Part shown: piece by piece, positions 1-10,670 of the stretch
Layout: each line of letters begins with the position of its first letter
Position numbering within the stretch: the first letter of the stretch is position 1
Source of the DNA: Cyanophora paradoxa CCMP329
Taxonomy: Eukaryota; Plantae; Glaucophyta
NCBI GenBank assembly: GCA_004431415.1
Contig: QPMI01000642.1
Span: 1-64,000 of the forward strand
Length of the DNA stretch: 64,000 nucleotides
Direction of reading: 5' to 3'
Position numbers and translations under genes: made by a program
Notes under the pieces: model-generated
Told to the model about the DNA's origin: nothing
What the model saw: only the letters and a program-made list of their open reading frames with translations
Database searches by the model: none

Positions 1-35
1 CAAAGCTGAAGTAGAGAAGGGAGTAGCCCCAACAG

Positions 36-47
36 TATATAAAAGAC
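36..47 (+). promoter_or_regulatory. Putative viral TATA-like promoter TATATAAAAGAC
   Basis: The same 12-mer occurs at 1211-1222; both copies lie within ~70 bp upstream of ORF starts (84, 1281). Confidence 0.5.
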
Positions 48-83
48 GAGTTTGGCTTTAATTTTCTCTTGTTTATTAGAGAA

Positions 84-356
84 ATGGATATAATACGAAA
101 GTTTATTGAGATGTTCAGTCTGCATGTAGTGAGCAATTGCCATAGTGGATGCTGTGACACAACAGTGGAGTTTGAGATGTCAGATACTGAGGATAATGCC
201 TCAGAAGCAAGAGAGAGAAGGAGGTCTACGATTTCTGTGGAGTCAATGCCAGCAGACCCCACAGAGTATACATATGAGCAACAGGAGTATCCAAGGAGAA
301 GTTCTTTGCCAGCAGAAAACGTTTTCTCTGGGAATATAAATGGAGGACACTATTAG
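84..356 (+). CDS. Small acidic hypothetical viral protein
   Basis: ORF (first ATG at 84) downstream of the TATA motif, overlapping the next ORF; CpG-poor like the other viral genes. Confidence 0.5.
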   Translation: MDIIRKFIEMFSLHVVSNCHSGCCDTTVEFEMSDTEDNASEARERRRSTISVESMPADPTEYTYEQQEYPRRSSLPAENVFSGNINGGHY

Positions 357-585
357 TTTAATCGAGTTTACCAGTGATGAACCTGTTACTGAGGGTTCTA
401 TTAGACACATTCTAGCAATGCAGAAACGATATAGAGAGGACCCAGCATATAGAGAGTATAAAAAGCAGCAAGCCCTGGCATCCTATTATCGCAGAAAAGC
501 CCAAAAAGAGGAGCAGAGACCCAGAGGGAGACCGATTAAATATTATTTGCCTACTGATAGTAGCAATGGACCCCCAGGTCTATAA
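340..585 (+). CDS. Small basic protein with AT-hook-like motif (RPRGRP)
   Basis: 81 aa with a basic helix YREYKKQQALASYYRRK followed by PRGRP. Confidence 0.55.
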   Translation: MEDTISLIEFTSDEPVTEGSIRHILAMQKRYREDPAYREYKKQQALASYYRRKAQKEEQRPRGRPIKYYLPTDSSNGPPGL

Positions 586-737
586 GATAATCGAGAAAAA
601 GCGGTCTCAGTATGCCACTGAGGCAGCTATAAAAGTTTACAGACAGGAACTGGTGTTCGCAACAAAAAATGACTTAAAGAAAAAGTAGATAGGTTGTATT
701 GAGGAAAAATTATTTTCGTATCTACTATTAAAGAGCA

Positions 738-1062
738 ATGCCGAATATCCGCAAGATACTCACAGATGATGAAAAAGCAGAGAAGCTGAGACTGAAAAGG
801 GAGCAAGATGCCCAAAGAAAACGCGAAGCCTATCATAAAAAGAAGGAGGAACGATTATCCCAAGGAGCCGCTACAGTTCACACACCAGAAGAACTCAAAA
901 AGATTGCCCTCAGACACCAGAGGAAATACAGGAAAATGAAGAATATCGCGAGCAGAAAAAGGCAAAAGCGCTGGAATATTACCACAAGAAGAAAGATGAA
1001 CAGCCCAAGAAACCAAAGAGCATAAACCGGTTGGAAGACCTCGGAAATATATCGAAGAATAA
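738..1062 (+). CDS. Small basic coiled-coil protein with C-terminal AT-hook (KPVGRPRKY), one frameshift
   Basis: ORF 738-1025; an alternative frame at 1021-1062 reads HKPVGRPRKYIEE*. Confidence 0.5.
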
Positions 1063-1210
1063 ATTCTCGATCGAAACAAATTTTGTAGAAATCGATTTGA
1101 TCGGAGGCAAAAAAATGACAGCTTTCTTCCCTCTTTTTTAAAACTGTACCTATATATCGAGACAGTATCCCGACCCAAAACTACTTAAGGACTTGGCAAA
1201 TAATAGGATA

Positions 1211-1222
1211 TATATAAAAGAC
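1211..1222 (+). promoter_or_regulatory. Putative viral TATA-like promoter TATATAAAAGAC
   Basis: Second copy of the motif, upstream of the primase-helicase ATG. Confidence 0.5.
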
Positions 1223-1280
1223 AATTCCTCCTTCCGAAATTATTTTCTTTGTTAAAGGTAGAAGTCCCCCAAAATCGAAA

Positions 1281-3878
1281 ATGAACAAAATCGAGAAATT
1301 CGCCACCCCTGTTGAAAATGCTACATTCCTTAGTACTCTCATTGGTGATCGCAACAAGGTCACCCATGTATTTGATTCCGCCGAAGATGCCCTTGAAGCC
1401 ATTGATAATAGCAAGGTTAAGACCTGGGCTGAATGCATTCAGCCTGAACAAGTCACCAGAGTTTACCTGGACCTGGATAAATTCGCTGATTTGAAGGAGA
1501 ATATTGCTGATAACTATGCTGAGGCTGAAACTGTTGTAAGAGAGATGAGAGATAAGCTATGGAAGCGATCTGGGACCACTTCGATTAACGATATTGCTGT
1601 TGCAGTTCGCCATAGAAGGGTTTATTTGATCAAGGAGGATGTCACCAAGTTCAAGATCTCAGCCCACTTTATCATTAAATCGCTTGCATGCAAACATGAA
1701 GATATCCCCAAGCTTTTCAAAGCTATGGGATTGGTGAAAAATGAGGATTATGACAGTGGAGTTTACAGCTCCACACAGAACCTTATCTGCCTCAATTGCT
1801 GCAAAGGTGAGACTCTGGATGCTCAAAATAAATCAAAGAAAGATGTTGATAAAAACGTTTGCTTTAAGAAATTCGTTGACTGTGACAAAGTGTTAATGCG
1901 AAATGAGGACTTCTTTGTATCTTTCTTCTCAGCTTCTACTAAACTTGTGGATGAATCGAATATTTCTGCATTCGCAAATTATAGCCCTGAGCCAAAACCA
2001 GTTAAAAAGGAGCCAAAAAGTGATAAAGTGAAGACTGAGAAGGTAGAAGCTGAAAAAGACACTGAACCCGAAAATCCTGTTACTTTCGAACTGCTACAAA
2101 GTGTTATAATGGGTCTGAATGGTGAGAGAGCTAATGAGTATAAAACTTGGATTGATGTAGGACTGGTCATCATCAATGTTGGGGAAGACAACAAGTTCAC
2201 CCCTAAAATGCAAGCTGAACTCTTCACCAATTCTCAGAACAGAGTGACAAGTATGATTATGATGAATGCCAGGAGAAGTTTACACAGCTTCGCAGAAGCA
2301 AGAAGAAGGCTGAGCCTGGCAAAGTGTTGACCTTCAAATCCTTGGTTTATTGGTTGAGCAAAGATAACAATGAGCTTTTCAAGGAACTCTTCCCCAAAAA
2401 GTATGCATTCCTACCAGAGGACACAGATGAAATCGATTACAAGACTGCAAGTATCCCTCCTTTGGCTGAACATTACAATGTGCATAAGAGGTATTTCAAT
2501 GCTCGCATGCATCATGTTGAAAATGTTGGTTGTGTGATGCTCTGGGATGAACAACTACTTTGCTGGATGCCAAAAGATATTGGGAAGCTCTCTACAAAGC
2601 ATTTCCCCCATTTGATGCATAAGGTGATTGTGAATGAGGGAACAGATAATGAGAAAGAGAAATGGGAGCAATCATTTAAAAAGTGGATTGTTGATCCCAC
2701 AGCCACAAGATCAACTTACATGGATTTCCTTCCCCCTCCTGCTACTCTCAGTGCAAAATGCAAGTCTGTATTTAATCTCTATCCAGGAATGAAGGTCGAC
2801 CATCAGCAATTCGAAAATGCCCCAGAGGATGTAACTGCTGAGATGATTAAGCCTTTCCTAGATCACCTGTTCTTAATGTCTGGTGAGGATCAAAATACCT
2901 ATGAATATCTGTTGAAATGGTTTGCCCACATGCTGCAAAAGCCTGGGGAACTCAATGGAGTATCCTTAATCTTCATTGGTGAGCAGGGAACTGGTAAAAA
3001 TGTGTTGGTTGATACTTTCCAAAAGAAGATACTTGGAGATGCCCTAAGTTATGCAACTGGAAAGCCAAAAGAGGATCTGTTTGGTCGATTTGCCCACAAT
3101 AGAGAGGATAAGATCTTGATTGTTGTGAATGAAGCCTCAGGCAAGGACACATTCGAAAATAATGATATGCTCAAAGATCTCATAACTTCTGATAAGATTG
3201 TAATTGAACACAAAGGGATAGATTCATACACAAAAGCAACTTTGCCAGGATTATATTCACCAGCAATAACAACATTCCAGTGAAAATTGAAGCTGGAGAT
3301 AGGCGATTTGTGGTTGTTGAAGTTAGTAAGAAATTCGCAAAGGATAGGTCATACTTCCTTCCACTTGTAAAATGGCTAAATGATCACTGCAATATTCGAA
3401 TATTGCCCACTATTTGAGAACCAAAGTTGACTGTGAGGATGTGAACTGGATTGCTGATAGACCCCTTACAAATAAATACTATTTAGCCCAACAGGTGTGC
3501 GCTCCAATCATCCTTATGTTCACTAAGTGGCTTGTGGATCGAGGCTTAATTTCCGAGAATAAATGCAAGTCTGGTAGCCTTGTGGAAACCTGGAAATGGT
3601 TCCAGGAGTTCATTACCAGCAATAAATATAAAAACGATTATAATAGTCGCAGGTATTATACTGAAATGAGAAGTGTGACATATATCCAAGTGAAAACTAC
3701 AAATGGCAAACAATACTATCATTTCCTATTCCCACAAGTATTTGAGGAATTCAGAAAGATGAAACTTGTAGATGATGAAACTATTGAGGAAGAAGCTAAT
3801 CCAAGGATGAAACAAGACCTACCTGCTGCTGATCCTGATGCATCAGATTATGATTCAGATGTTGAAGTTGAAGTTTAG
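1281..3878 (+). CDS. AEP primase-PriCT-2-SF3 (D5-like) helicase fusion, split by about 3 frameshifts
   Basis: AEP motifs RVYLDLD (DxD) and KISAHFI (SxH); PriCT-like RANEYKTWIDVG; Walker A GEQGTGKN; Walker B IVVNEA; motif C and Arg finger IFTSNN...IEAGDRRFVV in a shifted frame near 3250-3320. Confidence 0.9.
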
Positions 3879-3883
3879 TCAAA

Positions 3884-4063
3884 GGTGGACTCACAGTTGA
3901 TTCAAATTTATCATAAAAGACCCAAACAGTCTTTTATTTACGGTTTATTTATCGATTAGGTTGACTAAGTGGGGGGAGTTGACTCATTTTTTCACAGATT
4001 CTAAAAAAGGACTCTGCCCTAAAAAGAAATAAAAAGTGCCTCAACTCCACCACTAAGTCAACC
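3884..4063. repeat. Internal copy of palindromic GTTGACT/GTGGACT iteron element
   Basis: Arms ggttgactaagtggggggagttgac (3959-3983) and tcaactccaccactaagtcaacc (4041-4063); homologous to the repeats at 9901-10670. Confidence 0.85.
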
Positions 4064-4114
4064 AAAAAATGATTTAAGAGATAGAAAAATATATTTATAT
4101 GTAAGTAGTAAGAA

Positions 4115-4464
4115 ATGGCTGGAACAGATCATGATTCTGGATCGATCTATATGATTGAGAGTGAAGAATTGAATAAAGTTTATATAGGGAGAACTCACAA
4201 AAACTACATATCCGATGGAAACAACACAAATCAGGTCAAATGCCATCAACAGCAGACCTATGCAAGGCTTCTGATGTGAGGTTTTCAGTCCTTTATTCAA
4301 CTAAGAAGGGTGGGCATGAAGACCTTATGAACAGAGAAGCATATTACATGTATTTGTTTGAACCTTGGATAGTCAATCTACAAAAACCGAAATCTCGATT
4401 TAGGATTAATAGGTTTTTGCGATTTCATTCAGAGGAAGCCAATGGATCCATTAAAACATTTTAA
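4115..4464 (+). CDS. GIY-YIG endonuclease (one frameshift near 4200)
   Basis: From ATG 4115: MAGTDHDSGSIYMIESEELNKVYIGRT, then in the shifted frame RWKQH...EDLMNREAYYM...WIVN, giving the GIY/YIG, R, H, E and N motifs. Confidence 0.85.
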
Positions 4465-4524
4465 ATTGCGTTTAGAACATCCTAAAATAAAATATCCCCT
4501 TAGAATAGGAACAAGTTAGGAATA

Positions 4525-7500
4525 ATGCCCGAATTACCAACAAACTCATAAGGGAGAAGAAATGGGAACTCATGGGATTGCTGGGAACACTTTATGCAGC
4601 CCATGAAATTACAGAGGCTGAATATGACCGGGAAATAGATTTAATTGCAAAGGGCAGACCCACTTTAAGCAGATTAACCAGAAAAGCAAATAACCTATAT
4701 GATAAAATTGAAACCTTGGATGAATTGGATAGGCTTAGGCAAATAGAACCAGAGGCAGAAGATGGAACAGCCATGAATGAATTATATCGCTGGCTCACAT
4801 ACAGAGCCAGAAGGGAAGTTGTTGTAGATGTGATTGAATTCCTGGATAGAATTGCTACATCCCTTCCAAATCGATTAAAGCAGGGTTTAGATCAATTCAG
4901 GGCAATCAAGGTTCGCTTGTCTTTTATCTGCAAGTTCGTTAAAGTGAGCAATCCACAGGTTTGGATATCGAAATACATTTACAGTGATTACTTTGTATTA
5001 ACCAGGTCGAGAAATATTCGAACTGAGCTGAATAAAGCAGCCCAAATGTGTCAGGAGCAGATGAATGTGGTTGATAGCTATCGCTTAGAAAGAATTGAAA
5101 TACTCAGAGTGGCTATTATGAGTTATGCTCCAACTGGTGGATGCTTTCTACAAACCCAGAGTGGATTGCTAGGAAGAGAGCCACAGTAAATATTCGAAAT
5201 ATTGATGATTCCTGCTTCGAAAATGCAATTTTGGCATATATTCACAGAAAAGCGATAAACTCCCATAAGAGGAATGAGCTTTCACAATATCGCAAATGGA
5301 AATACTCAGCAATCGCTTATAATCCGCTGGCTCTCAATTTCGATAACATCCCATTCCCTGTTGCCTGTGATGCTGATATTATTGATAAATTCGAGGCTCA
5401 AAATGCAGGCATTAGCATTAATATATTTGGAATCGATGGAGAGGTTATTTATCCCCTGCATCAATCAAGTAACCCAGGCAGAAAGCATAAGGTTAATCTC
5501 ATGCTGATATTTGATGATGAAGGGAATGGTCATTATATTACAATCATGTCCCTTTCAAGATTATTGAAAGTAAATCATGAAACATACAATGATCAGAAGT
5601 TACACTACTGTGACACATGCTTATCTCGATTCAGGTCTGAGGCTAAACTCACTGCTCATGTGGACTCAAATAGATGCATTGACTGGAGACTCTCAAAGGG
5701 AATCACCCTAAACCTGAAACCACCATAGAGTTTGGACTGAAAAACCTCAGGAAAACTGTTTGGCTTCCTGTTGTGGTCTACTGCAAGATTGAACATAGAA
5801 GCATCCCCATTGATGCATCGAAATCCAAGAGGGAAGTTTCAGCAGTCAACCTTAGAGTAGTCACTGGGGAAGATGTTCAAGATTTTCGATTTGAGGGGCA
5901 GGATCCAATGGGAGGTCTGTTTGAATGCTTGGAGTCCAAAGCAAGAGAACTAATCGATTTCCTGTTCACCAATATTCCTATGAATGAACTCACAGATGAG
6001 CAGAAAGCAATTTACAGAGCTACCAAACACTGTTACCTTTGCAGTGAGAGGTTCACTAAGGAGAACTTCAAATGCAGGGATCATGATCACCACACAGGTC
6101 ATTATATTGCTCCTGCATGCAGAAACTGCAATCTCCATAGGAGAATCTCAAAGCAAACCAAAGTTGCAGTAGTTGTTGACCAAATGGATGACTGTGGGAC
6201 ATTCATTTTCAGAAAAATAGCAGGCATGGGTGATAAAAAGCGAATCGAAATCCTTTCGAAAAACTTTGATCAATACCTTTCCTTGCAATGGGGTCTTTAC
6301 AAGTTCATTGATGCAAGTAATTTTATGGACTTTGGGGCTGCTGATGTAGATGAGTTAATGAGCAAATTCCAGGCTTTCAGAAGGCTTTCACACTCAGTAT
6401 ATGGATTGGACCCAGTTCATTATGTATCTGCACCTGGGTTATCTTGGGATGCTATGCTTAGGACCACCAAGGCAAAAATAGAGCTTATAAGTGATGTAGA
6501 GCAATACGAATTTGTTGAGAGGGGAATCAGGGGTGGCTTTGCAACAATGCCTTGTAGGTATGCTGAGGCTGATGGTGAGAACTCCCATATAATGCTGTTT
6601 GATGCTAACAACTTGTATGGCTACTGTTTGAGTCAGCCAATCCCAGTTGGTGATTTAGATGGGAGACCGAATTCAACCCACAAGATAACAGATCCAGTTT
6701 CCTGGAAGTTGATCTGGATTACCCAATTAGGCTATATCTAGACCACAGTGATTTCCCCCTAATTATTAACAAGAAAATAGTAGAATATGCAGAATTATCA
6801 CAATATCAAAGAGCCTATTAGATCTCTCAGGAGAAGAGCTTGATAAGACCCTAAGCTAACTGCAACCTTTGGTTCTGTGACCAACTATGTGATTTCTGAG
6901 CCTCTTCTACAGTATCTGTTGGACAAAGGGGTGAAACTAAAGAAGGTTCACAGGGTCCTATCATTTACTGTGGCTCCTGTAATGAAACCCTACATTGAGC
7001 TGAATACTGAGATGAGAAGGAAAGCAGTGAATAAATTCGAGGCTGATTTCTATAAACTCATGAATAACTCAATCTATGGGAAATGCATTGAATCTTGCAG
7101 AGGTAGATCTGTGGTTAAGATTGCAAACAGTGAGAAACTGTTTATGAAATATGCAGCCTCCCCATTGGTGAAATCAACAAGTCCATAAACGAAAAAGCAG
7201 TTGCCTTTGAGTTTTACACAAAGCATGTGAAGCTAGATAAGCCAGTTGCTATTGGGGCTTATGTTCTGGATGCAGCCAAACTGCATAACTACAAGTTCTT
7301 CTATGATACTGTAAGGTCCCAATGGACAAAAGCAAAGTTACTATTCCATGATACTGACTCCTTTTGTCTATATATCGAATCTAAGACCCTACAAAAAGAT
7401 ATAGAGAATATATCCTATGCATTAGACCTTGGAGGTGATTCCAGAATGACCCCAGGTAAATACAAAAATGAAATGCCTGGCTCTGCTATATTGGAGTATG

Positions 7501-7763
7501 TGGGTCTGAGAGCTAAAGTTTACAGTTTCAGAACTGCTGAGATTGAGAGGAGTAAGCTCTCTGGGACTTCAACTGAGGAACTCCAATTTAATGATTTTAA
7601 ACAGTGTTTATTTGCAGGTATCAGCAAGACTGTGACTGCAAAGCAGAAAAGAAGGGCAGATCACACAATAATAGACACTGTGAGTAGAAGGGTTGCCCTA
7701 AACTGCTTTGATGCAAAGAGATACATCTTACCAGATGGTATTAATTCTGTTCCTTTTAATTAA
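4525..7763 (+). CDS. polB: Protein-primed family B DNA polymerase (Polinton-type) with N-terminal TP-like, vOTU-like and EndoVII-like regions; about 5 frameshifts
   Basis: NIRNIDDSCF...GHY; CDTC Zn finger; RDHDHHTG...CRNCNL; YGLDPVHYVSAPGLSWDAML; GIRGG; motif A DANNLYG; motif B KLMNNSIYGK; motif C HDTDSF; GLRAKVYS; FDAKRY. Confidence 0.93.
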
Positions 7764-7766
7764 GAG

Positions 7767-9152
7767 ATGCCAGCAACTGGAAGAATAGTTAGGAGAACCA
7801 CTGAGCAACTACAAGGTAACCTACTGCCTATCACAGTTCCAAAGGAGGGAAAGGGGGAATCTCGAATTGTTAAAAAGTCTGAAATGAAAGAGCTTGTCCC
7901 AGTAGAGATCCCAGTTGCCATTGCAGTGAAAGAAACCAGCAAGATTGCCAAGAGATTCTATGATGTGAGAACTGGTTACAAAGGGCTTCAAGCTATGAGG
8001 GCTGAGTTACCAGATGAATCCTATAAGCAATTGCAAGAGTTCTATAAAAAGCAAGAGGTAGTTCAGATCAATGCACCTGCTATATCTAGGAAGAGAGATC
8101 CCATGGTCCCAATCAGGCAACCCCTTGATACCTATGTGATTGATTTGCTCTTTTTCCCAGCTTATAAGAAACAAAACAATGGCTATGATACCTTTATGAC
8201 TGCAATGGAATCCACACTAAGAACTGGGTATATTATACCTATAAGGGATAAATCAGCTCTCACTACATTGGCTGCATTTAAACAGCTTGAAATGAGAGTG
8301 GCAAGACCCATAGTAAAAGTTCAATCAGATGCTGGGAGTGAATTCCAAAATCGAATATTCCAGGAGTATTTATCTAGTAAATTCATAGAACACCAAGTGA
8401 GTGGAACTGCTGACCATAGAAGCCAAGGTCGAATTGAAGCCTTTAACAAGCAGATTAAGAGATTGATCACAAACTACTGCATAGCCAATAACACAGCTAG
8501 ATTCTTTGATGTGTTAGGAGATATTGAGTATAATTACAATAATACAGTTCACTCAGCTACTAAGATGAAGCCAGGCGAAACTACAGAGGAGCATTATAGG
8601 TATATAGTGGGATTAGAAGATGAAAGATTCAAGAAATCAATAGCTTATCTTGATACCATGCAGCCTGGCATGTTTGTTAGAGTGAAAGTAGAGAAGAACC
8701 CCTTTGCTAAACAGGGTAACAATTGGTCTAGGATGGTTTACACTGTTGATAGTAGAGAAGGCTTTAAGTTTAAGCTAAAGAGTCCCACTGGAGAGATCAT
8801 AGATAACAGGTTTGCTTTCCATGAGCTGTTGCCTGTGAATGCAGTTGAGTATCTGGAAACCCCTACAGTGGATGCCTTAGAGCAAGCTAAAGAGGAAGCC
8901 AGGGTTGATGCTGCTATAAGGAGAGAGGGCATTGAGGCTGCTAATGAAGTCCCAGATAAGCCTTTGATAGAAGCTAGAAAGGAGAAGACTGGCAAGGTTA
9001 ACAGGGAACTCAAAAAGCTCACTATAGCAGGCACACAGAAACTTTCAGAAGTGAATAGCCAGAGATGGTATAGTGACTTTCAGACTACTAAGGAGTCATA
9101 TACAGCCCCTAAACCTCAAAGAACACTAAGAGAAAGGACCAAAACTAGCTAG
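7767..9152 (+). CDS. Retroviral-like (rve) DDE integrase, Polinton type, intact
   Basis: Catalytic triad in YVIDLL / VQSDAGSEF / QGRIEAFNKQIK; YNNTVHSATKMKP; SH3-like GMFVRV...FAK...NWS...YTV. Confidence 0.95.
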   Translation: MPATGRIVRRTTEQLQGNLLPITVPKEGKGESRIVKKSEMKELVPVEIPVAIAVKETSKIAKRFYDVRTGYKGLQAMRAELPDESYKQLQEFYKKQEVVQINAPAISRKRDPMVPIRQPLDTYVIDLLFFPAYKKQNNGYDTFMTAMESTLRTGYIIPIRDKSALTTLAAFKQLEMRVARPIVKVQSDAGSEFQNRIFQEYLSSKFIEHQVSGTADHRSQGRIEAFNKQIKRLITNYCIANNTARFFDVLGDIEYNYNNTVHSATKMKPGETTEEHYRYIVGLEDERFKKSIAYLDTMQPGMFVRVKVEKNPFAKQGNNWSRMVYTVDSREGFKFKLKSPTGEIIDNRFAFHELLPVNAVEYLETPTVDALEQAKEEARVDAAIRREGIEAANEVPDKPLIEARKEKTGKVNRELKKLTIAGTQKLSEVNSQRWYSDFQTTKESYTAPKPQRTLRERTKTS

Positions 9153-9635
9153 TTTGCTAGGCGAAAACTCGTTTTTTCCAAATATATGTATGACTGATAT
9201 ACATATATGCATATGATATACACATTGTCTTGTAGATCTTTTCAAGCGCTTCACAGCGATATGCAGAACGTTGCGATTTGATAATCTGGTGATGCGATAC
9301 AAGCGTTTGAAGATGCCGATTATCGATTTTTCGAGATTTCGGAATGATGCATCATAATGATGTAATAATGATGTATCATAAACAAATAACATATATATAT
9401 CGCCGTGATCGTCATGATCTCCCGAGTTCGATGGTGTGTCATATATATCATATACATATGCATCGTCATTATGACATCATTTCGTAACATAACACGTCCG
9501 TCATCGTCTTTTTCCGCAGCGAACAGATAAGTGAACAGTTAACGAGACAACTATTGTAATAGTGTACTGCAACAACAATTGAAAACAAGATATGTGGGAA
9601 AGCTATTGAAAGACAATGAAGCAAATTGCGAACAA

Positions 9636-9724
9636 TTAAGTGAACAGTTAAGTGGACACCTGTTGGGAGTAGGCAGTGTCTACTCGTTTATCGTGAAACG
9701 GTGTCCACTTAACTGTTCATTTAA
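9636..9724. repeat. 25-bp inverted repeat (hairpin, ~39-nt loop)
   Basis: ttaagtgaacagttaagtggacacc (9636-9660) pairs with ggtgtccacttaactgttcatttaa (9700-9724), one mismatch. Confidence 0.85.
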
Positions 9725-9900
9725 CTGTTGACGAAAACCCATGCATTATGACATCATATCATTAAACCACATACAAAACACTAAAACGAATGTATCTCTT
9801 CACCAACTCATCATCTGACAAAACCAAAAACAGATTCGAAATCCTCTTAACGAGACCAGCGTGACTATGTAAGTATCATAGGCTCAATAATTCATATGTT

Positions 9901-10670
9901 AATAAGCATCTCCCCTTGATTCCCCCTATTATATAATATTTATATTAAAGTGGACTCAAGGTTGACTCATATTAATCGTAAAAGTAGTAAAAGTATATGG
10001 ATTTTGTTACGAATTCAATGCAAGGGTTGACTAAGTGGGTTGAGTTGACTCAAATTTCACAGGAAATATTTGGGACCTAAAGTTTTCTAAAAAGGATTTG
10101 AAAAAATGTGTCAACTCCCCCCACTTAGTCAACCCTGACCATAAACAGTAAGGATTTGAGCTAACAAGTATCACAAAGTGAACATATTGAGTCCACTTAG
10201 AAGATCCACCTAACAGTTTAGAGTCAAATTTACTTGGGAATTCGATTTGTATAAAAAAGTGAGTCCACCCTGACCATATTCAATAAGCATTCCTCTTAAT
10301 CCCCTTGTTTATATTTACATTGATTAATATTTAATACTAAGTGGACTCATGGTTGATTCATATTAATCGTAAAAGGAGTAAATGTATATAAAAATGTGAC
10401 CATTTCAATGCTAAGGTTGACTAAGTGGGTTGAGTTGACTCAAATTTCAGAGGAAATTTTGAGATCCAAAGAATATTCTATAAAAGATTTTGAAAAATGT
10501 GTCAACTCCCCCCACTTAGTCAACCCTGACCATATACAGTAAGCATTAGAACTTAAATGTATCACAAAGTGAACATTATGAGTCCACTTAGAAGATCCAC
10601 TTTTGAAATATAAGTTGATTTTGCTTGAAATTTCAAAGTTGATCTAAAAGTGAGTCCACCCTGATTGATT
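9901..10670. repeat. Two ~385-bp tandem units, each with a palindromic core
   Basis: Units start with aataagcat at 9901 and 10282. Cores are ggttgactaagtgggttgagttgac...gtcaactccccccacttagtcaacc at 10024-10135 and 10415-10526. Confidence 0.9.

Noticed and set aside
1-1200. Capsid or packaging ATPase genes
   Set aside because: None is recognisable. They may lie left of the window, so a capsidless status cannot be claimed.
1-9152. Bacterial prophage or contaminant
   Set aside because: Polinton-type pPolB, rve integrase and TATA-like promoters are present, and the element is invaded by the same Helitron family found in flanking host DNA.
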